From positions 11,470 through 75,469 of the forward strand of contig DDCB01000036.1 of assembly GCA_002335425.1 (NCBI GenBank): a stretch of DNA of 64,000 nucleotides. Reading direction: 5' to 3'. Below are positions 30,540-40,187 of the stretch, piece after piece. This DNA is from Chthonomonas sp. UBA2017. Its GTDB lineage: Bacteria > Armatimonadota > Fimbriimonadia > Fimbriimonadales > Fimbriimonadaceae. A program made the translations under genes and the position numbers. The notes below the pieces were generated by a model. The model had not been told where the DNA came from. It searched no databases and worked only from the letters and a program-made list of their open reading frames with translations. Position 1 is the first letter of the stretch; every line of letters starts with the position of its first letter.

Positions 30540-31557
30540 ATCGCCTCACCAAAAGGACCAATGCCGCGCAGAGCAATATCGCCACCGAATAAAGAACCCA
30601 AACCGCTTGGCGCTGAGAAAGGCCGCGCTCCAGGAGCTGATGGTGGACGTGTCGCTTGTCCGCTTGTGTTAAAGGAACACCCTGAATCTTTCGACGAATC
30701 ATGACTTGCACGGCGTCAAAAAGCGGCACACCGAAGACCGCCAAAGGCACTGCGATCGCGACGGCTGCCGCCGTCTTCATCGCCCCGACCATGCTGAGCG
30801 AGGCCAACAAGAATCCCAATACTTGGGCCCCCCCGGTGCCCATGATGATCTTGGCCGGGTTGTAGTTGTGCCGAAGAAATCCGATCGAGGCTCCCGCAAT
30901 CGCCGCCGAAACCAGGGCGACCCGGGGTTGACCTTCATACGTCGCAATCACCGAGAGCGTCGCGGCGGCGATCGCAGCGATCCCCGCAGCAAGCCCATCG
31001 ATGCCGTCGATCGTGTCCATTGTTTTTGTCACAACGAAGATATAGACCGCACTGATGGGAATCGCCCAAAGGCCAAAGGCGATCCACTGCGACCCGCCGG
31101 TGAAGAATTGGGAGTCAAATCCCTGGATCTGGACCCTCGCGCTGCCTTCGTAGATAAACTGGATGGCCACCCCGGCAGCGATCAGGAAAAGAAGCTGGAT
31201 TTTGGCGCTAAACTGGTATAGATCGTCGAGCGCGCCGACCACGACAATGAGCGCCCCCACCCCCAAAATCCCCCACAAATAGGGCGGAAAAGGATTGCTG
31301 GGGTACGCAAACGGCAGGGTCCCCAGAACGGCCAAAACAATCCCGCCATAGATGGCCATCCCTCCCCAGCGGGGCAAAGGAACTTTGTGGACCCGGCGGT
31401 CATCTCGTTTAGGATCGTCAACCGCGCCAAATCGAAACGCCAGTTTTTGGACCAGCGGAGTCAAGACTAAGGCCACGACGAGCGCCACTGCCCCCGCAAG
31501 CAAGGGCCAGCGAAAGCCCGACATGAACTTTGATTCGGCCCACAGCAGATCCGTCAA
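30526..31557 (-). CDS. polyprenyl-phosphate N-acetylhexosamine-1-phosphate transferase (MraY/WecA/TagO family)
   Basis: About 10 TM helices. Family motifs GALDDLYQFSAK, NMDTIDGIDGLA-type (KTMDTIDGIDGLAAG) and HVHHQLL are present. Confidence 0.85.
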   Translation of the reverse strand: MTDLLWAESKFMSGFRWPLLAGAVALVVALVLTPLVQKLAFRFGAVDDPKRDDRRVHKVPLPRWGGMAIYGGIVLAVLGTLPFAYPSNPFPPYLWGILGVGALIVVVGALDDLYQFSAKIQLLFLIAAGVAIQFIYEGSARVQIQGFDSQFFTGGSQWIAFGLWAIPISAVYIFVVTKTMDTIDGIDGLAAGIAAIAAATLSVIATYEGQPRVALVSAAIAGASIGFLRHNYNPAKIIMGTGGAQVLGFLLASLSMVGAMKTAAAVAIAVPLAVFGVPLFDAVQVMIRRKIQGVPLTQADKRHVHHQLLERGLSQRQAVWVLYSVAILLCAALVLLVRRYGAA

Positions 31558-32045
31558 GCCGATGGGCTCACCCCCAAATCGACGGGCTCGAGCTGCTCTC
31601 CAAAGAGGCGAAAGACCTCAAGGTGCGATTGCCGGAAAATCTCCAGCGAAAAGTCGTCCGGGTACTCCCCTTCGTAAATGACCCGCTGGATTCCGGCGTT
31701 CACAACCATCTTCGCACAAGTGTTGCAAGGCTGGCAAGTGACATAGATGGAGGCTCCATCGCAAGGAACGCCAAGCATCGCCGCCTGCAGCAATGCGTTT
31801 TGCTCGGCATGAAGAGACCGAATGCAGTGACCAGCCCGCATGCAACCCCGGGGCCAGTCGTGGTCCGGCCCGCCTTCGGGGCAGTGTGGCAATCCTCGGG
31901 GAGCGCCATTGTAACCGGTCGCAAGAATCCGTCGCTCACGAACAATGACGGCGCCCACCTGTCGACGCGGACACGTTGCCCGGGTCTTGACCAGGTGCGC
32001 GATTTGCATAAAATAGGCGTCCCAGGAGGGCCGCTGGGAGTTCAT
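31554..32045 (-). CDS. dCMP deaminase (ComEB-type cytidine/deoxycytidylate deaminase)
   Basis: ATG 32045 gives MNSQRPSWDAYFMQIAHLV. Zinc motifs HAEQNAL and PCNTCAKM are present. Its stop overlaps the next gene's start by 4 nt. Confidence 0.85.
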   Translation of the reverse strand: MNSQRPSWDAYFMQIAHLVKTRATCPRRQVGAVIVRERRILATGYNGAPRGLPHCPEGGPDHDWPRGCMRAGHCIRSLHAEQNALLQAAMLGVPCDGASIYVTCQPCNTCAKMVVNAGIQRVIYEGEYPDDFSLEIFRQSHLEVFRLFGEQLEPVDLGVSPSA

Positions 32046-32052
32046 GGGTCCA

Positions 32053-35000
32053 TTATGGCGCGTCTGCGCGCTTGATCCATGCCTCAATTTGCCGACCCGA
32101 GTACCCAATTTTGTAGTCGCTCAGATCGGGCGTGGCCCCCATGGCTCGACTGACTTCATCAATGATGACGATGTCGGGCTGTATAGGAGGCGCTGCGTTC
32201 GGCCGAAACTCCCTGAGCTTGGACAAAATCGCGTCCATCTCCGGCGCACCTTGTTGGGTCTTCTCACGTCCCCGCAAAAAGGCCTCCATATGAAGCAAGA
32301 AGAAGAGGTAGCCCTGACGCTCCGCCAAGAGCCTTCCGCCGGTTTTCCACGAGTTCTGGTTTGCCGGGGCTTCACGCAAAATGAAGGCATCAAACTGGTT
32401 GGGCTGCACATTGTAGAATCTCAACACATCGACGAGCCGAGTGATGATCGCGTCGTTGGACTGATTGTTGTGGAGCGGAAATCCGACCGGCAACGCGAGA
32501 TCGGACCGAGACCAGAAAGCCACGTGATGGTTGATCTCCATCCCAAGCGTGGCCATGGATTTGCCTGCCCCTCGATCCGGCAACGCCCGAATCCAGCCTC
32601 GGAGACCCTCCAGATCGCGAGTAATCGCCAGTTCGCGGGCTTCTGGGCCGGATATATATCGGAAAATTCGCGAATAGTGATACAGACCCAGACAGAGCAG
32701 ACCCGAAAGCCAAGCCGCGGTCAACGGCTTGCGAAAGGCCCCAGGATCGCGACCCTTTTGGATTGCCGCTGCCATAAATCCTTGGCGAATGACCTCAAAA
32801 AGTAAAAGAAAGAATACAAATAGGAGCACATATCCCGACCGCCAAAAGACCTGAGTAGCCTGGGTCAGCTGCACCCCTGTTCGCCAAAAAAGGAGCTGGA
32901 CCAGGAAGAAGGCGACCGTCGGATAGGCCCCCAGTAGGACGATCGACCGGAACGGCCCGTGGAATCGACGGGCAGCCGCGATCGCAAAAATCACGATCAA
33001 GATCGGCAGTAGGTTTCGGCCGAACCGGGCAATCTCGCTCAGCGGGGTCCCGTCCGGCGAGCCGATCCAAGCCGCGCCAAACCCGCCCCGGACCAAGGCG
33101 TCGCCCGCGACAGCACCACTCAACACGCGCTGGCCCACAAAGCAGAGAACCAAGAACCCAAGCCCCAGGCCCACGAAGACCCAGTCTCTGCGCCCTGAGC
33201 ACTTCTGCCGGTACTTCTGCCAGGCATAGGCCGCAAACGCCAAAAATCCGGTCATAAACCCGAGCCCAAACGCCCAAGTGTCCCCACCCAGGAGCAAGAG
33301 CATCAGAACGCCAAAAAGGACCAAGCCTTTGCGGCGTGGACCACCCCAAAACAGCATCGAAGAAAGAATGATGAGGGCCGAAAGCAGGAGCGGACTAGAC
33401 CAAGAGTTGGTCGCGAGCCGCAGCGCACGGTCCATCGGCCAGAGGCTCGTCAGCATCGGGTCGGTCCCCATCAGTCCGGCTTTCAGATCAACCACCACGT
33501 CCCGAACGTTCGTCGCGTACTGAAAAAGGACCGTGATCAGAATCGCCAGCAAGATTCCCTTTCGACTCACCCCCGGAGGCAGCCAGGTCACGGCGACCCA
33601 GTAGAGGAATCCCCACGTTAGGGCCAGAATGGCAAAAAGAAGAACCGAGTACGGCCCTACTTGGCCATCCGTTCGAGCCGCGAGTTGGCCCAAAAACACT
33701 TGAACCGGGGACGCATACGACGACTTTTCTTCGGGCACAGAGGCAAACGGCGAGCTCGTCCAGCCTCGGTCTTGAATCCGCTGAGCGCGAACCGTGTAGA
33801 GGTGATAGTCCTCGACGAAGACGCCGTAAGGCTCGCCGTGAAAGACAAAGACCGAAGACTCTTTGCCATCGTTCCGCAGAGGGTCACTGTGCTGCGCCCG
33901 GTAAACGGGGATGAGCCCCATGAGCAACACTCCGGCGGCAAAGGCCCAAACCACAAGAAGCCCGATCCATCGCTTGCGAAGGCTTGCTTGACCACGGGCC
34001 TGAGTATGGGCGTCGACTTTTTCTTGAATCTCGGCGGCACTTTGTTGGTCGGCCAATTCTTCCTCCCTGAGCCCAAGACGGCCCAGAACCCGTTGAAGCT
34101 TCGAATCTAACCCCCCGGGAACCGGCGACCATTTCAGACCAAACGCAGCAAGGATCTGGACTCCTACCAATACCGGCATCAGCAGCAACGCCAAGAGCGG
34201 CTCTTCCTGAATCCAAGCGGTCTGACACAGGAACACGCCGACCACCGAGAGACCGGCCCCCAACACCAAGATCATGAGCAGGCGGCTCAGCAGGTCCGTG
34301 ACGTCTAAGCCTGGAGCCACTTTGCGCTTGATGACCCAAACCAGGGGGAGAAGCTGGCCTCCGTTGATGCAGGCGTTCATCACCGCAACTCCGATCAGGC
34401 CCCCGGCTCGGTAAGCCGGGATCGTCAGGATCAAGGTCACTGCGGCGTTGAAAATCGCGAACGGAACCATCCGGTCGGGTCGACCGACAGCATATGTCGA
34501 GGTGGCCAGCGAGGTGATGATGTAGTAGATCGCCTTGTAAAACGCCATCAAGAGGCAGATCCAGAGCGCACCTTCGGGCACATGATCCGCGCCGAGCCAA
34601 ATCTTGAGGAGCGCGTCGCCAAACCCGGCCGGAATCAGGATGCACGAAGTCGCCACGGTCGCCGCGACGAGGGCGTTGCGCTTGATGAGATTTCCAAATC
34701 GGGTTTCGTCGGTCGTCGCCCGGGTCATCTCGGGCAGAGTCGTCGTGTTCATCCCGGCGAGAACATCGTAAAGCGTGTTGCCCAATTTGACCGAGGCATC
34801 GTAGCGGCCCACCGGAGCTGGCCCGAACTTAAAGGAGAGCAACATCCGGTCGAGCGAATCGGCCAAATGCTGGCTGAGCCGGTGCCAATAAGACTTCATC
34901 CCTAAGCCGCGCATCTCGCGCGTGTCGCCCGCATGATACTGCCCCATGACCAGCCACCTGCCCGTGGTTTGGCGAATCGTAAAGAGGCTGTACGCAGCCA

Positions 35001-35574
35001 AGAGCAACGAAGCGATCGCCCAGGACCAGACCACGGCTTGTAAAGTCTGGAACGCGATGACGGCGGTGATGCCAAAAACCGCAATCAGTCCGCTTTGGGC
35101 AGCGCTGATCAGGGCAAAACGGTCGAATCGCTCGAAGGCCGTGTTGCCGATATAACCGGTGTTGACGATCATCGTCGCCAAAAACTGGAGGCCCGCCGCG
35201 CAAAACAGCGAGAGCCGAGTCGAAGTATCGAGATCGACGCCCGGGAGCCGAATCACAAGCGCGAGCGCCGTGGTCAATGCCAGGCCGACGAGCCCGGTGA
35301 CGAAGTTGACAAAAAGCAGGCTCCGAAAGACTCGATGGGCCGAGTCTCGGTCGTCCGCCGCGATCAGCTCGGTCATCTTCTTTTGCGCGCCGACCGTGAA
35401 TCCGAAGTCGATCAGCATCATCGACGTCGCGATGAGTTGCAAAAAGACAAAAATTCCGAACTGGTCATATCCGAGCCGTTGGACATAAACCCGGGTCGCC
35501 AAAAGCATGAGAAGCACCCCCATGCCTTTGGCTCCGATCATATAGATCGCGCCCTTGGTCTTTCCCACGCTCAA
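32053..35574 (-). CDS. 1173-aa polytopic membrane protein: Wzx-type flippase module fused to a second large multi-TM module
   Basis: The N-terminal ~480 aa look like a polysaccharide-biosynthesis/MOP flippase with about 12-14 TM helices. A charged linker follows (EEELADQQSAAEIQEKVDAHTQARG). The remaining ~650 aa carry many more TM helices and a soluble C-terminal domain. Confidence 0.6.
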   Translation of the reverse strand: MSVGKTKGAIYMIGAKGMGVLLMLLATRVYVQRLGYDQFGIFVFLQLIATSMMLIDFGFTVGAQKKMTELIAADDRDSAHRVFRSLLFVNFVTGLVGLALTTALALVIRLPGVDLDTSTRLSLFCAAGLQFLATMIVNTGYIGNTAFERFDRFALISAAQSGLIAVFGITAVIAFQTLQAVVWSWAIASLLLAAYSLFTIRQTTGRWLVMGQYHAGDTREMRGLGMKSYWHRLSQHLADSLDRMLLSFKFGPAPVGRYDASVKLGNTLYDVLAGMNTTTLPEMTRATTDETRFGNLIKRNALVAATVATSCILIPAGFGDALLKIWLGADHVPEGALWICLLMAFYKAIYYIITSLATSTYAVGRPDRMVPFAIFNAAVTLILTIPAYRAGGLIGVAVMNACINGGQLLPLVWVIKRKVAPGLDVTDLLSRLLMILVLGAGLSVVGVFLCQTAWIQEEPLLALLLMPVLVGVQILAAFGLKWSPVPGGLDSKLQRVLGRLGLREEELADQQSAAEIQEKVDAHTQARGQASLRKRWIGLLVVWAFAAGVLLMGLIPVYRAQHSDPLRNDGKESSVFVFHGEPYGVFVEDYHLYTVRAQRIQDRGWTSSPFASVPEEKSSYASPVQVFLGQLAARTDGQVGPYSVLLFAILALTWGFLYWVAVTWLPPGVSRKGILLAILITVLFQYATNVRDVVVDLKAGLMGTDPMLTSLWPMDRALRLATNSWSSPLLLSALIILSSMLFWGGPRRKGLVLFGVLMLLLLGGDTWAFGLGFMTGFLAFAAYAWQKYRQKCSGRRDWVFVGLGLGFLVLCFVGQRVLSGAVAGDALVRGGFGAAWIGSPDGTPLSEIARFGRNLLPILIVIFAIAAARRFHGPFRSIVLLGAYPTVAFFLVQLLFWRTGVQLTQATQVFWRSGYVLLFVFFLLLFEVIRQGFMAAAIQKGRDPGAFRKPLTAAWLSGLLCLGLYHYSRIFRYISGPEARELAITRDLEGLRGWIRALPDRGAGKSMATLGMEINHHVAFWSRSDLALPVGFPLHNNQSNDAIITRLVDVLRFYNVQPNQFDAFILREAPANQNSWKTGGRLLAERQGYLFFLLHMEAFLRGREKTQQGAPEMDAILSKLREFRPNAAPPIQPDIVIIDEVSRAMGATPDLSDYKIGYSGRQIEAWIKRADAP

Positions 35575-35627
35575 GCCCTATCCCTCCGCTTGGTGAACGC
35601 GGCCGACAACTCGGTCTTCATCGGCAT

Positions 35628-37016
35628 TTACGAGGCGGTGCGTGATCTCAGCTCGCGGAACGGCTCTTGCATCGAGTCAACTTCTTCGCTTTGGGTCTTC
35701 ATGACCATGCCGCTGAGCACGAAGAACACGAGCATTGAGGGCTCCCACGTCAAGATGTTGTTCCCATACATGCCGATGGCAATACAGATGGCCCCGAGCG
35801 CCATCGCCACGGTGAACCCTTTTTGTTCAGGCGAGGCGGCGCGCTCGCGCAAAACTCGGAAGGGTGCCGAGGCCCAGATAGCGAGAGCAATCCCCATCAT
35901 CACCATGCCGACCAAGCCGTAGCTCGCCCGGATCAGGAGCCATCCGTTGTCAAAGCCCGCGTGCGGAGTCCACTTGTCCACCTGGCCCCGCGTATCCCCC
36001 CAATATCGAGGTTCTGGGCCAATTCCAGTTATTGGGAAGTACTGCCAGACGGTGTCGGCCTGAATCCACGCTCGTTCGCGCCGATAAATCAGGTTCGGGT
36101 CGTTCAGCCAGTTCGTGCTGAGGAGGTAAGCCATCTTGTCCGCCCCAAACGTGAACATCACCACCAAGCCCAAAGTCATGATCAAGAGCCACGACGACAT
36201 CGCCTTCTTGTCCCATCGGGAGAGACCGATGAAGAAGACGACTGTAATGAGAATCAATGCCGGGACGTGGGTTCGGGCCTGAGCAATGAGCGCTCCGCCG
36301 GCGAAAAAGAAGAACAGCAGAGTTTCGAATTTACTCAGCTTGCGGAAGAGGCCAACGCCCGCAAGAATGGCGCACACGAGGTTACATGGCAGCGCCGTCT
36401 GGCCCGGGAATCCATAAATTCCCATCGCCCGGACGCCGCCGCGCAGGTCCCAGTTCGTGATGTCTTGAATCGGATTCAGGGCTTCGGCCAGCCGGATGGC
36501 CGGAGGGAATTTGAAAAACTGCGCCCAGGCGACAATCGCGGTGACCGCCGTCGCCCCGAGCAAAGCTTGAAAAAGCCATTTGCGAGCGCGCGGCTCGGCA
36601 TGACACAACATCGCCGCCGTGAAGTAAAGATACAGGTATCGAAGAAGGAAGAAGTCCGTGTAGTTGAAGTCTCGAGCCCGCCCAATCTCCGCGGACACCC
36701 AATATGTGACGAACGCTCCCCAAGCTTGAAGCAAGAGCAAAAGAACGACTGGCACCGAGATTCGGATCGGCACTCGGCATTGAACAGTTCCGATCGCCGC
36801 CCAAAGCGCTCCCGAGAGAATGATGCCGTTCCGCATCTCGGTCGAACCCGGGACATACGGCGGGAGCATCCCCGCGAAAATCGAAATGAGGATGTTGAAG
36901 AAACCCCACAAGACCCACGCTTTGGGCGCGATGATGAGTGGGACCGATGCGGCGCGAAGCCGCTCCCTCATTTTGAGGGCTTTTTCATGGGGCTCTAAAG
37001 CCACGAATCCGCTCAT
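35628..37016 (-). CDS. O-antigen ligase/polymerase (Wzy-like) family membrane protein
   Basis: More than 10 TM helices. A large loop with RRERAWIQADTVWQYFPITGIGPEPRYW resembles the Wzy_C signature. It sits between the flippase and the Wzc-like gene. Confidence 0.6.
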   Translation of the reverse strand: MSGFVALEPHEKALKMRERLRAASVPLIIAPKAWVLWGFFNILISIFAGMLPPYVPGSTEMRNGIILSGALWAAIGTVQCRVPIRISVPVVLLLLLQAWGAFVTYWVSAEIGRARDFNYTDFFLLRYLYLYFTAAMLCHAEPRARKWLFQALLGATAVTAIVAWAQFFKFPPAIRLAEALNPIQDITNWDLRGGVRAMGIYGFPGQTALPCNLVCAILAGVGLFRKLSKFETLLFFFFAGGALIAQARTHVPALILITVVFFIGLSRWDKKAMSSWLLIMTLGLVVMFTFGADKMAYLLSTNWLNDPNLIYRRERAWIQADTVWQYFPITGIGPEPRYWGDTRGQVDKWTPHAGFDNGWLLIRASYGLVGMVMMGIALAIWASAPFRVLRERAASPEQKGFTVAMALGAICIAIGMYGNNILTWEPSMLVFFVLSGMVMKTQSEEVDSMQEPFRELRSRTAS

Positions 37017-37072
37017 CGGACTCCTCGCTTGAGGTGGATGGGCGGATTCAGATTCATGAGGCTCTCCGGGGA

Positions 37073-39142
37073 CTAGCGAGCGGTGATGAACCGACCCGCA
37101 CTGCTGAACGGCTCATCGTCGAGCGAGGCGTCAACCAAGACCAAACTGACGGTTTTGGCTCCGGCTCGGGTGAGAATTTCGTAAGCATTCGGCACCGACC
37201 GGAAGTTGGTCGACCGGGCACTGATGATCAAGCAAACATCGTCTGCCCAGCGCGCCATTCGAGAGGCATCGGCCAGAAGGTCGCATGGCGCGGTGTGAAG
37301 AATCACAACGTCGCCCGCGGCCTTAATCTTGTGCATCAATCGGTCGAAATCTTCTTCGGACAGGTTAATCAGATCGGTCTTGCCCTCGGATCCCGTGGGC
37401 ATTACAAACAGGTTGTTGTGGACACTCGCATGGAGATAACTATTGACATCCGCGTCAGCTCCGGCAGCCGCCAGGTCCAGAAGACCATTTTTCCCGCCCA
37501 TGTCGACAAGGTTCGTCAGGAGCCGCCCACGCGGATTCGCATCCACCAGGACGACTTTCTTGCCGGTCCGGGCCACCGATATGGCCAACTGGAGCGCGCT
37601 CGCAGAGGCCCCTTGGACGTTTCCGGTGCTCGTGAACATGATCGTCTTCTTCAGATTCGGATCAGAAGCCAGCATCGAGAACGCCATGTAACGGAAGCTC
37701 TCAAACGGCTGCCCGTCGGGCTGGGTCAACCTCTTGATGTTGCGCGCCATCATCGCCTTCGGCAAAGCCGGGACGGTCGCCGCGACCGGGAGGCCGGTGA
37801 GCTCGGCCAGCTGGGATGAGGTGTGAACCCGGAGCTTGAGCGATTCTCGACCGAAGCTGAAGATCAAGCCCAAACAGACGCCCGCGAGGGCCCCGACGAT
37901 GCTGAACTTCAGCAGGTCCGGTGCGACGGGGTCTTCATTCTCCGTCGCAGAGAACGTCACGGCAGCTGGTCGGCTCACCACATTGGCCCGGTTCTTGAGG
38001 TCTTCGGACATCCGCTTGAGGTTTCGATACTTTTGATCAAAAATCTCGACATCTCGGCTGAGATTCACCAGCATGTCTTGTTGTGCGGGCGCATCGTCCA
38101 GCTTCTTTTGGAACTCCTCGATCTTCGACTCCAGCTGGCTCAAGTTCGCTTGGAGGTTATCGCGAATCACTTGGGCCCGAACGAGGTCTTGTCGAGTCTG
38201 CTGTCGAATCGGCTCGGGCGAGACGTTTCGGCCCGCCTTGGTCATCGGCTTCTGCTGCTCGGCCCTCAGAAGCTTTTCGACCTGAGCAATCTCTTGCTCC
38301 TTGTTTTTCACTTCGATCGCGTCGGGCATGAAGCGACCCAGGAGTTGCTCGCGCTCGTTGCGCAAAGCCGCCAATTGGCCCTGATAGGTTTGAACCGCCT
38401 GACTCTGCTGCTCAACGGTCATGCTGGTGTAGGTCTCGTCGGTCATCCGCGCAAGTTGGCGTTCATACTCCCGAACGTCCGATTCAGCCCCTTCGAGCTG
38501 AGCTCGGACCGTCGCGGCTTGGACCTTCATCTGCTCGATGTTCCGCACCCGCTCGCCGGTTTGAACGTCGAGATTCGGCAGGCTATTCTCCGACTTGTAG
38601 GCCTTGAGCTTTTCTTGGGCTTCGGTCATGTCTCGCTCAGCGGCAACGATCTGTTCGCTGAGATAGTTCAAGGCGTCGTTGACGGAGACCCGAGCGTTCG
38701 ATTGTCGAATCTGGTTGTAAGCGGCGGCGACTTCGTTCGCCAGATCAGCCGCCATCTTAGGCGAATAAGCCTTCACGGTGATATCGGCGGCGTTCGAGTT
38801 CTCTTGCCCCGACACGTTGTACATTCGGTAGTATTTTTCGAAATCCTTGACGATATCGTTCAGGTTTTCGCGCTCAGCCACTCGGCGAAAAGCTTGGAAA
38901 AAGACGCCAGGCGAAGCCAAGACGCCCAACTCCGTTTCTGAGGATCGAGGGGCGCCGCGATCCAGGATCGACTTTACGTCAGCGGTCATCGTCTCCAGCC
39001 CCGCTCGATTCTGGAGGTCTTCACCGACGATGAGCTGAGTACGACCCTCGTAAATCTTCGGGCTCGAAAGGCCGATCGCTAGAGCGACCAAGAGCCCCAA
39101 AATCCCGAATAAAACCGTTCGCCTAAAGTGCAGCTTCCACAT
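37073..39142 (-). CDS. polysaccharide co-polymerase (Wzz/GumC-type) fused to a degenerate BY-kinase-like P-loop domain
   Basis: N-terminal TM helix, Wzz-like domain, long coiled coil and a second TM helix. The C-terminal CpsD/CapB-like fold has altered motifs (TSTGNVQGAS, VVLVDAN, VVILHTAP) and no terminal Tyr cluster. Confidence 0.75.
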   Translation of the reverse strand: MWKLHFRRTVLFGILGLLVALAIGLSSPKIYEGRTQLIVGEDLQNRAGLETMTADVKSILDRGAPRSSETELGVLASPGVFFQAFRRVAERENLNDIVKDFEKYYRMYNVSGQENSNAADITVKAYSPKMAADLANEVAAAYNQIRQSNARVSVNDALNYLSEQIVAAERDMTEAQEKLKAYKSENSLPNLDVQTGERVRNIEQMKVQAATVRAQLEGAESDVREYERQLARMTDETYTSMTVEQQSQAVQTYQGQLAALRNEREQLLGRFMPDAIEVKNKEQEIAQVEKLLRAEQQKPMTKAGRNVSPEPIRQQTRQDLVRAQVIRDNLQANLSQLESKIEEFQKKLDDAPAQQDMLVNLSRDVEIFDQKYRNLKRMSEDLKNRANVVSRPAAVTFSATENEDPVAPDLLKFSIVGALAGVCLGLIFSFGRESLKLRVHTSSQLAELTGLPVAATVPALPKAMMARNIKRLTQPDGQPFESFRYMAFSMLASDPNLKKTIMFTSTGNVQGASASALQLAISVARTGKKVVLVDANPRGRLLTNLVDMGGKNGLLDLAAAGADADVNSYLHASVHNNLFVMPTGSEGKTDLINLSEEDFDRLMHKIKAAGDVVILHTAPCDLLADASRMARWADDVCLIISARSTNFRSVPNAYEILTRAGAKTVSLVLVDASLDDEPFSSAGRFITAR

Positions 39143-39337
39143 TGCTTTTCTCTAACCTTGCCGGACGTTACGGCATCCCAGGCCTTCCTTGGACCCAGCT
39201 TGCCACAACCTAACGATACCAGAATTTTTGAGTTCTGGCAGAGATTGAGACGAGAACGGGGCCCACTTTGTAGCTTCGGAAGGCTTCCCTTGAGTCAACA
39301 GGCTCGGCGGATCAAAGATTCCCGGTCCAGCGCAGGC

Positions 39338-40048
39338 TCAGTAAGCGCCATCGCCTCGAAGAACGGCGAGCGGAGTCTTGAGCAGGAGCTTCAAGTCGGT
39401 CATCACGCCCATCTCGCGGATGTATCGATGATCCAGCTCGATCCACTCGTCAAAGGAGAGGTTGCTTCGCCCCATGACTTGCCAAAAGCAGGTGATCCCA
39501 GGCTTCACGGTCAGTCGCTGAAGAGCGTGTTCGCTGTATTGCAAAACCTCGTGGGGAATCGGCGGTCGGGGACCGACTAGGCTCATATCACCCTTCAGAA
39601 CGTTGAAGAGCTGCGGCAACTCGTCGAGGCTGTACTTGCGAATGAAACGCCCGATCGGAGTCACCCGAGGGTCGTCCTTCATCTTAAAGATCGGCCCATC
39701 CTTTTCGTTTTGAGCCTGAAGCTTCGCCAGGTGCTGATCAGCGTTTACGTACATCGAGCGAAACTTAATGAACTTGAACTTTCGCCCGCAAAGGCCCACC
39801 CGGGTGGAGAGATAGAAAATCGGGCCGCGGCTCGTCAGCTTCACCGCCAACATCAGCGCCAAGAAGATCGGGGACAAAAGCAAGATCAACACCAGCGACC
39901 CCAAACGATCCAGGATCAGTTTACGCTTGAAATAGGTCACTTCCACCGGCTTGAGGTCGAGGCAATTCTCGACTCTCAAATGAGCGTCCTTCGGAAGTTC
40001 AGCCCTCTCAGGCTGGATCGGTTGAGAGTCTTGGGATATGTGAACCAT
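39338..40048 (-). CDS. polyprenyl-phosphate sugar-1-phosphate transferase (bacterial sugar transferase, WbaP/EpsL-like)
   Basis: One TM helix followed by [25 protein letters not shown] and [21 protein letters not shown]. Confidence 0.85.
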   Translation of the reverse strand: MVHISQDSQPIQPERAELPKDAHLRVENCLDLKPVEVTYFKRKLILDRLGSLVLILLLSPIFLALMLAVKLTSRGPIFYLSTRVGLCGRKFKFIKFRSMYVNADQHLAKLQAQNEKDGPIFKMKDDPRVTPIGRFIRKYSLDELPQLFNVLKGDMSLVGPRPPIPHEVLQYSEHALQRLTVKPGITCFWQVMGRSNLSFDEWIELDHRYIREMGVMTDLKLLLKTPLAVLRGDGAY

Positions 40049-40187
40049 CCTGTCTCCTTCGGTATAAATTCAATCATCGGGTCCAGTCGCGGTCCCGCAT
40101 CCCCAGTGGAATGCAAAAAAGATACCTCTTCTCCCCGCCTCCGCCAACACTGGTCAAATGAACAGGACGATAAGGTTCAAGCGATGT

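Noticed and set aside
40049-40187. Tn7-type insertion at the attTn7 side (3' end) of glmS.
   Set aside because: Only 139 nt separate the glmS stop from the sugar-transferase gene. There are no tnsABCDE-like genes and no Tn7 end repeats. The AT-rich island is on the opposite, 5' side of glmS.
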